From: Nitrospirota bacterium
Lineage (GTDB): Bacteria; Nitrospirota; UBA9217
DNA length: 64,000 nt
Direction of reading: 5' to 3'
NCBI GenBank assembly: GCA_963826885.1
Contig: CAWGYL010000007.1
Location: 7,680-71,679 of the forward strand
The notes under the pieces were generated by a model. It was not told the DNA's origin, ran no database searches, and was given only the letters and a program-made list of their open reading frames with translations. Each line of letters begins with the position of its first letter. The stretch's first letter is position 1. A program made the position numbers and the translations under genes. Shown in pieces: positions 59,671 through 64,000 of the stretch.

Positions 59671-60315
59671 ATGGCCGACATACAGAATCAGCTATTTTCC
59701 CGATTCGGGAGAAAGTTTCCCGCGAATACGGTGCTCTTTCATGAGGGAGACCGCGGTGATGAGATGTTCATTATCCAGACCGGACGGGTCAAGATCAGCA
59801 AACGGATTCGCGGAGTCGAGAAGACCCTCGCAACCCTCGAAAAGGGGGAATTCTTCGGAGAGATGTCCATCCTGAACGACAAACCCCGCTCCGCGACAGC
59901 CGAAACGCTCGACGCCTGCGACATGCTGGTTATCGACCGGAAGACCTTCGATACGCTTATCCGTGGGAACGCGGAGATCGCCGTACGATTCATCAAACGG
60001 CTGGCTGACCGTCTGCGCGAGGCCAACGACCAGATGGAATCCCTCATGATCAAGGACAACACAAGCCGACTCGTCAGCATCCTCGCGAAACAAGTCAGGG
60101 AGCAGAAGAAGGGTGGCGCGTTTACGATAACGATCGAAGAACTGGCTGGCCTGGCAGGCATCGAAGGATCGCTAGCGAGGTCAATCCTGGAGAAGCTTGC
60201 CAATGTGCGGATTATCGAGGTTTCGGGAGACAAAGTCTTCATCAGGAACCAGGATCAGGTCGACAAGCTTCTGCGCTATCTGGAAATGCGGGAAATATTC
60301 GGTGAAATGGTTTAG
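59671..60315 (+). CDS. Crp/Fnr-family transcriptional regulator (cNMP-binding domain + HTH)
   Basis: 'GEFFGEMSILNDKPRSATAET' cNMP-binding motif. C-terminal HTH 'ITIEELAGLAGIEGSLARSILEKL'. Confidence 0.85.
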   Translation: MADIQNQLFSRFGRKFPANTVLFHEGDRGDEMFIIQTGRVKISKRIRGVEKTLATLEKGEFFGEMSILNDKPRSATAETLDACDMLVIDRKTFDTLIRGNAEIAVRFIKRLADRLREANDQMESLMIKDNTSRLVSILAKQVREQKKGGAFTITIEELAGLAGIEGSLARSILEKLANVRIIEVSGDKVFIRNQDQVDKLLRYLEMREIFGEMV

Positions 60316-60369
60316 CCCGGAGGAGAATAGTGGCCTGAACCCTCATGGCGCGGAATTGAGATAAAACAA

Positions 60370-62256
60370 ATGACGGGAAACCGAGCGGGGATTACGATCG
60401 CGCTGATCGTGGCGATTGTGCTTTCGGCGCTGCATCTTATGAATGTCCATATCCTCGAAGTGCTGGAGGAAAAGACACTGGATATGCGATTTTCCCTGCG
60501 GGGCAAGATCGCGCCCGGGCCGGAGACTGTAATCGCAGCCATTGATGAGAAGAGCATCAATAAGCTGGGACGTTTTCCCTGGCCCCGTTCCGTTTGGGGG
60601 CGCGTCGTTGACCGGTTTACCGAAGAGGGGGCTAAAGTCGTCGTATTCGACGTATTCTTTACAGAACCCGAGAATGTGGAATCCGACGACCTTTTTCAGA
60701 AAGCGGTTCAGAATAACGGCCGGGTCATCCTCCCTGTGGTGTTTGACTTTTCGGCAGCGGGATATAAAGAATCGGGTTTTACGGACAAGAATCTTGACTT
60801 CATGACCCCTTCGGCATACGCGGTCCTGAAGAATACCGATTCGCCCTTTTCGCCGCTCGAAGCAAAGATGGTGCTGCCTACGCTTCTCCGCTTCTCCGCC
60901 TTCGCGAAGTCTCTCGCTCAGATCAATATGATACCCGATAGCGACGGAACACTCCGGTGGGAGATGCTCGCGGTCAAGTTTCAGAACGATTACTACGCAT
61001 CCATCGGTCTTCAGGCCGCGAGAATCTATCGGGGGCTGAAAAGCACTGATCTCGTGCTCGATTTTTCCGGCTCCGTGCATCTCGGCGACACGACAATCCC
61101 CATCGATGAATACGGAAGGATGCTGATCAACTACCGGGGCCCGGCGGGGACCTTCCCCGTCTACTCGATTTCCGATATTCTCGATCGCACAACGCCTCGA
61201 GGAGCGTTCAAAGACAAGATCATCCTGATCGGCCCCACGGCCATGGGTATCTATGATCTGCGGGTCACACCGTTCTCGAACAACATGCCCGGGATCGAAA
61301 AGCATGCAAGTGTCGTGGACAATATTCTGCACAAGGATTTCATCCATCGAACGGAGACGAGCGTCTACGGGCTGATCTTCTTTTTTGCTATCGCGCTCGG
61401 GGTAGCTCTGCCGCGACTGGGCGCTAAAGCCGGCGCGGCGCTGTTCCTCGCGCTTTTTGCCGGCTACCTGGGTCTTGTGTACTATCTCTTCGTAGCCAAA
61501 GGCATATGGTTTAATCTCGTGTACCCCGGTTTCGCGCTTTTCTTCGGCTACACGAGCCAGACCGCCTACCGTTTCCTCATGGAAGAGCGTCGCGCCCGGG
61601 ACATCCGGAAAATGTTCTCGAGCTATGTTTCTAAGCGGATTGTCGATGAACTTATCAGGGACCCGAGCAAGGCAAAACTCGGCGGGGACCGGAAGGAGAT
61701 CACTGTCCTTTTTTCCGATATCCGCGGCTTCACATCCTTTTCCGAAAAACATCAGCCTGAAGAGGTGGTTTCCCTGCTTAATGAATACCTGGGGGCAATG
61801 ACGGAGATCGTGTTTGCCCATGAGGGGACCTTGGATAAATTCGTGGGAGACGCCATCATGGCGCTCTGGGGCGCCCCGGTGGGCCAGCCGGACCATGCGG
61901 AGCGCGCCGCCCGGTGCGCCCTGGCCATGATTGCCAAGCTTAAGGAACTTCAGGCGAAGTGGACAGCTGAGGGAAAGTATGTCATTGACATCGGGATCGG
62001 GATCAACACCGGCGACATGGTTGTGGGCAACATGGGAGCTGAGGGCAAAAAGATGGATTACACCGTGATCGGGGACAACGTCAATCTAGGCGCGCGCCTG
62101 GAAGGCTTGACAAGGAAGTATAATAATCATATCATCATATCTGAATACACCTATGAAAAGATCAAGGACGTTGTCCAAGCGAAGGAACTCGATTCCGTAA
62201 CCGTCAAGGGAAAAGAGAAACCGGTGGTGGTGTATGATCTGGTGGGGTTGAAGTAA
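60370..62256 (+). CDS. CHASE2 sensor domain-containing class III adenylate/guanylate cyclase
   Basis: CHASE2 'IAAIDEKSINKLGRFPWPRSVWGRVVDRF'. Several TM helices. Cyclase 'ITVLFSDIRGFTSFSE', 'FVGDAIMALWGAP', 'IGINTGDMVVGNMG'. Confidence 0.85.
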   Translation: MTGNRAGITIALIVAIVLSALHLMNVHILEVLEEKTLDMRFSLRGKIAPGPETVIAAIDEKSINKLGRFPWPRSVWGRVVDRFTEEGAKVVVFDVFFTEPENVESDDLFQKAVQNNGRVILPVVFDFSAAGYKESGFTDKNLDFMTPSAYAVLKNTDSPFSPLEAKMVLPTLLRFSAFAKSLAQINMIPDSDGTLRWEMLAVKFQNDYYASIGLQAARIYRGLKSTDLVLDFSGSVHLGDTTIPIDEYGRMLINYRGPAGTFPVYSISDILDRTTPRGAFKDKIILIGPTAMGIYDLRVTPFSNNMPGIEKHASVVDNILHKDFIHRTETSVYGLIFFFAIALGVALPRLGAKAGAALFLALFAGYLGLVYYLFVAKGIWFNLVYPGFALFFGYTSQTAYRFLMEERRARDIRKMFSSYVSKRIVDELIRDPSKAKLGGDRKEITVLFSDIRGFTSFSEKHQPEEVVSLLNEYLGAMTEIVFAHEGTLDKFVGDAIMALWGAPVGQPDHAERAARCALAMIAKLKELQAKWTAEGKYVIDIGIGINTGDMVVGNMGAEGKKMDYTVIGDNVNLGARLEGLTRKYNNHIIISEYTYEKIKDVVQAKELDSVTVKGKEKPVVVYDLVGLK

Positions 62257-62306
62257 TTGTCGTCGGCATGCGTTAGCTGCATAATTCGGTGTGTAAAGGA
62301 GGTTGA

Positions 62307-63074
62307 ATGAAGGTAAAAATACTGGGTTGCTCCGGTTCCGAGACAATTGGACACATGCCCCCGGGTTTCCTCGTCAATGATATCATGATGCTGGACGCCG
62401 GTACGATCACTGCTGCATTAACCATCGAGGCACAAAGCAAGATCACCGATGTACTCATCAGCCACACCCATCTCGATCACATTAAATCGGTGCTGTTCCT
62501 GGCGGACAACATTATTGGCCGCATCAAGAAGCCGGTAGTGATCCATGCGATCCCAGAAGTGATAGACGCGATCAAAAAACACCTGATGAACAACATCATC
62601 TGGCCCGATTTTACCAAAATTCCGACTCCAAAAAATCCGGTGCTGGCCTATGCACCGATGTCGCCGGGCAAAGTCGTGAGCGTTGCCGGGCTGAAGGTCA
62701 AGGCGATTCCCATGAACCATCCCGTTCCTACTGTCGGCTTCCTGGTAAGTGACGGCAATTCTTCCTTCATTTACAGCGCCGATACGGGACCGAACGAGAA
62801 GCTTTGGAAGGAAGCAGCGAAAGCAAAAAACCTTTCAGCGATCATCGTCGATACATCGTTCCCGAACAGTCTCGACGGGATTGCAGATGCGAGCGGTCAT
62901 TTTACACCGTCACAGCTCCATGACGATCTCACAAAAGCGAAGGTTGACAGGAACGTGCCGATTTACATTTACCACATCAAACCGGTACATAAAAAGAAAG
63001 TGATCAGCGAGCTGGCTGCTCTGGGCCGGAAAAACGTAAAGGTGCTGCAGGAAGGGAAGACGTATAACTTCTGA
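62307..63074 (+). CDS. class-II 3',5'-cyclic-nucleotide phosphodiesterase-like MBL-fold hydrolase
   Basis: 'KILGCSGS...MLDAGT...LISHTHLDHIKSVLFL' matches the PDEase_II HxHLDH signature region. Lies immediately downstream of the cyclase. Confidence 0.6.
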   Translation: MKVKILGCSGSETIGHMPPGFLVNDIMMLDAGTITAALTIEAQSKITDVLISHTHLDHIKSVLFLADNIIGRIKKPVVIHAIPEVIDAIKKHLMNNIIWPDFTKIPTPKNPVLAYAPMSPGKVVSVAGLKVKAIPMNHPVPTVGFLVSDGNSSFIYSADTGPNEKLWKEAAKAKNLSAIIVDTSFPNSLDGIADASGHFTPSQLHDDLTKAKVDRNVPIYIYHIKPVHKKKVISELAALGRKNVKVLQEGKTYNF

Positions 63075-63139
63075 ACAAATAAGGCATTCAGAGTTCAGAG
63101 TGCAATGTTCAACGTTATTAGTTAGATAGAAGGAGAAGG

Positions 63140-63982
63140 ATGGCCTGGTTTAAGAAAGAACGACCTGCAAGCGCGACGCCGGAAGCACCCGCAAAAAAAG
63201 TAAAGATTCCCGAGGGGCTCTGGATCAAATGCGACAATTGCAAGGAAATTATTTACCGCAAGGAAGTGGACAAGAATTTCAAGGTTTGTCCCAAATGCGA
63301 CTATCACTTCCGCATTTCCGCGTCCGAACGGCTGCCCTTTATCGTGGACGAAGGCAGCTTTCTCGAGGTGGAGGATGGCCTATCGCCAAAGGATTTTCTG
63401 TCATTCAAGGATTACAAGGACAAACTCAAGAGTAGCCGCAAGAAGACGGGGCTCAAGGACGCGATCATATCGGGCGAGGCAAGGATCGGGGGCAAGCCGG
63501 TATCAGTGGTTATCATGGACTTCAACTTCATGGGTGGAAGTATGGGCTCTGTTGTGGGGGAGAAGATCACGCGGGCTGTTGAACGGGCAATCGAAAAAAG
63601 GACCCCCTTCGTGTCGGTCGCCTCATCTGGCGGCGCGCGCATGCAGGAAGGCATTCTCTCCCTCATGCAGATGGCCAAAACTGCGGCTGCCGTGGCACGG
63701 CTTGGCGAGGCCAGGCTTCCCTTCATCTCGGTGCTGACCGATCCTACCTTCGGCGGGGTCACCGCGAGCTTCGCCATGCTCGGCGACATCATCATTGCCG
63801 AGCCCAAGAGCCTCATCGGCTTTGCCGGCCCCCGCGTGATCGAACAGACAATCAAACAGCAGCTTCCGCAGGGATTTCAGCGGGCAGAGTTCCTGCTGGA
63901 GCACGGCATGATCGATATGATCGTTCCGCGCCGGGAAATGCGAGCAACCGTGGGGAAAATCCTCGATTTCTTCACCGGGTAG
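63140..63982 (+). CDS. accD: acetyl-CoA carboxylase carboxyltransferase beta subunit
   Basis: Zinc ribbon 'CDNCKEIIYRKEVDKNFKVCPKCDYHFR'. 'GGSMGSVVGEKI', 'GGARMQEG'. Confidence 0.92.
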   Translation: MAWFKKERPASATPEAPAKKVKIPEGLWIKCDNCKEIIYRKEVDKNFKVCPKCDYHFRISASERLPFIVDEGSFLEVEDGLSPKDFLSFKDYKDKLKSSRKKTGLKDAIISGEARIGGKPVSVVIMDFNFMGGSMGSVVGEKITRAVERAIEKRTPFVSVASSGGARMQEGILSLMQMAKTAAAVARLGEARLPFISVLTDPTFGGVTASFAMLGDIIIAEPKSLIGFAGPRVIEQTIKQQLPQGFQRAEFLLEHGMIDMIVPRREMRATVGKILDFFTG

Positions 63983-64000
63983 AACATGATGGTCTCGTAT

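Overview
This 64 kb window is a high-GC (roughly 55-60%) stretch of bacterial chromosome. The multihaem cytochromes, group 3b [NiFe] hydrogenase and HD-GYP/GGDEF/PilZ signalling genes suggest an anaerobic Desulfobacterota-like organism; that is inference. Core housekeeping genes are intact. These are tilS-hpt, pcrA, gatC-panD-gatA-gatB, a complete trpEGDCFBA operon with a textbook sigma70 promoter, accD, rtcA, an RNB-family exoribonuclease and an M20 peptidase. There are four unusual areas. (1) At the left end, a DUF692(MNIO)-DUF2063-DoxX cluster is riddled with frameshifts (a bufferin-like RiPP tailoring operon). (2) About 11 kb (23.8-35.0 kb) is a tandem accretion of three related, degraded integrative elements at tRNA-Ala(GGC). 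The elements are separated by three direct copies of the 45-nt 3' end of that tRNA and contain decayed tyrosine-integrase fragments. Their cargo is a secreted hexahaem cytochrome c, a secreted ankyrin-repeat protein, an orphan receiver, an intact IS110 transposase and an acyltransferase-3. (3) A four-gene group 3b [NiFe] hydrogenase operon (hydB-hydG-hydD-hydA) sits directly against the intact tRNA-Ala. Its small-subunit gene is broken by a frameshift in a T7 homopolymer. (4) The window is dense in second-messenger genes: a HEAT-repeat protein and an HD-GYP phosphodiesterase share an N-terminal domain; there are two receiver-PilZ proteins, one inside an ABC exporter / LolA-like / outer-membrane operon; there is a sensor GGDEF cyclase; and there is a contiguous Crp-family regulator / CHASE2 adenylate cyclase / class-II cAMP phosphodiesterase module. 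No CRISPR array or rRNA gene is present. Two complete tRNAs are present: tRNA(CAU) immediately upstream of tilS, and tRNA-Ala(GGC).
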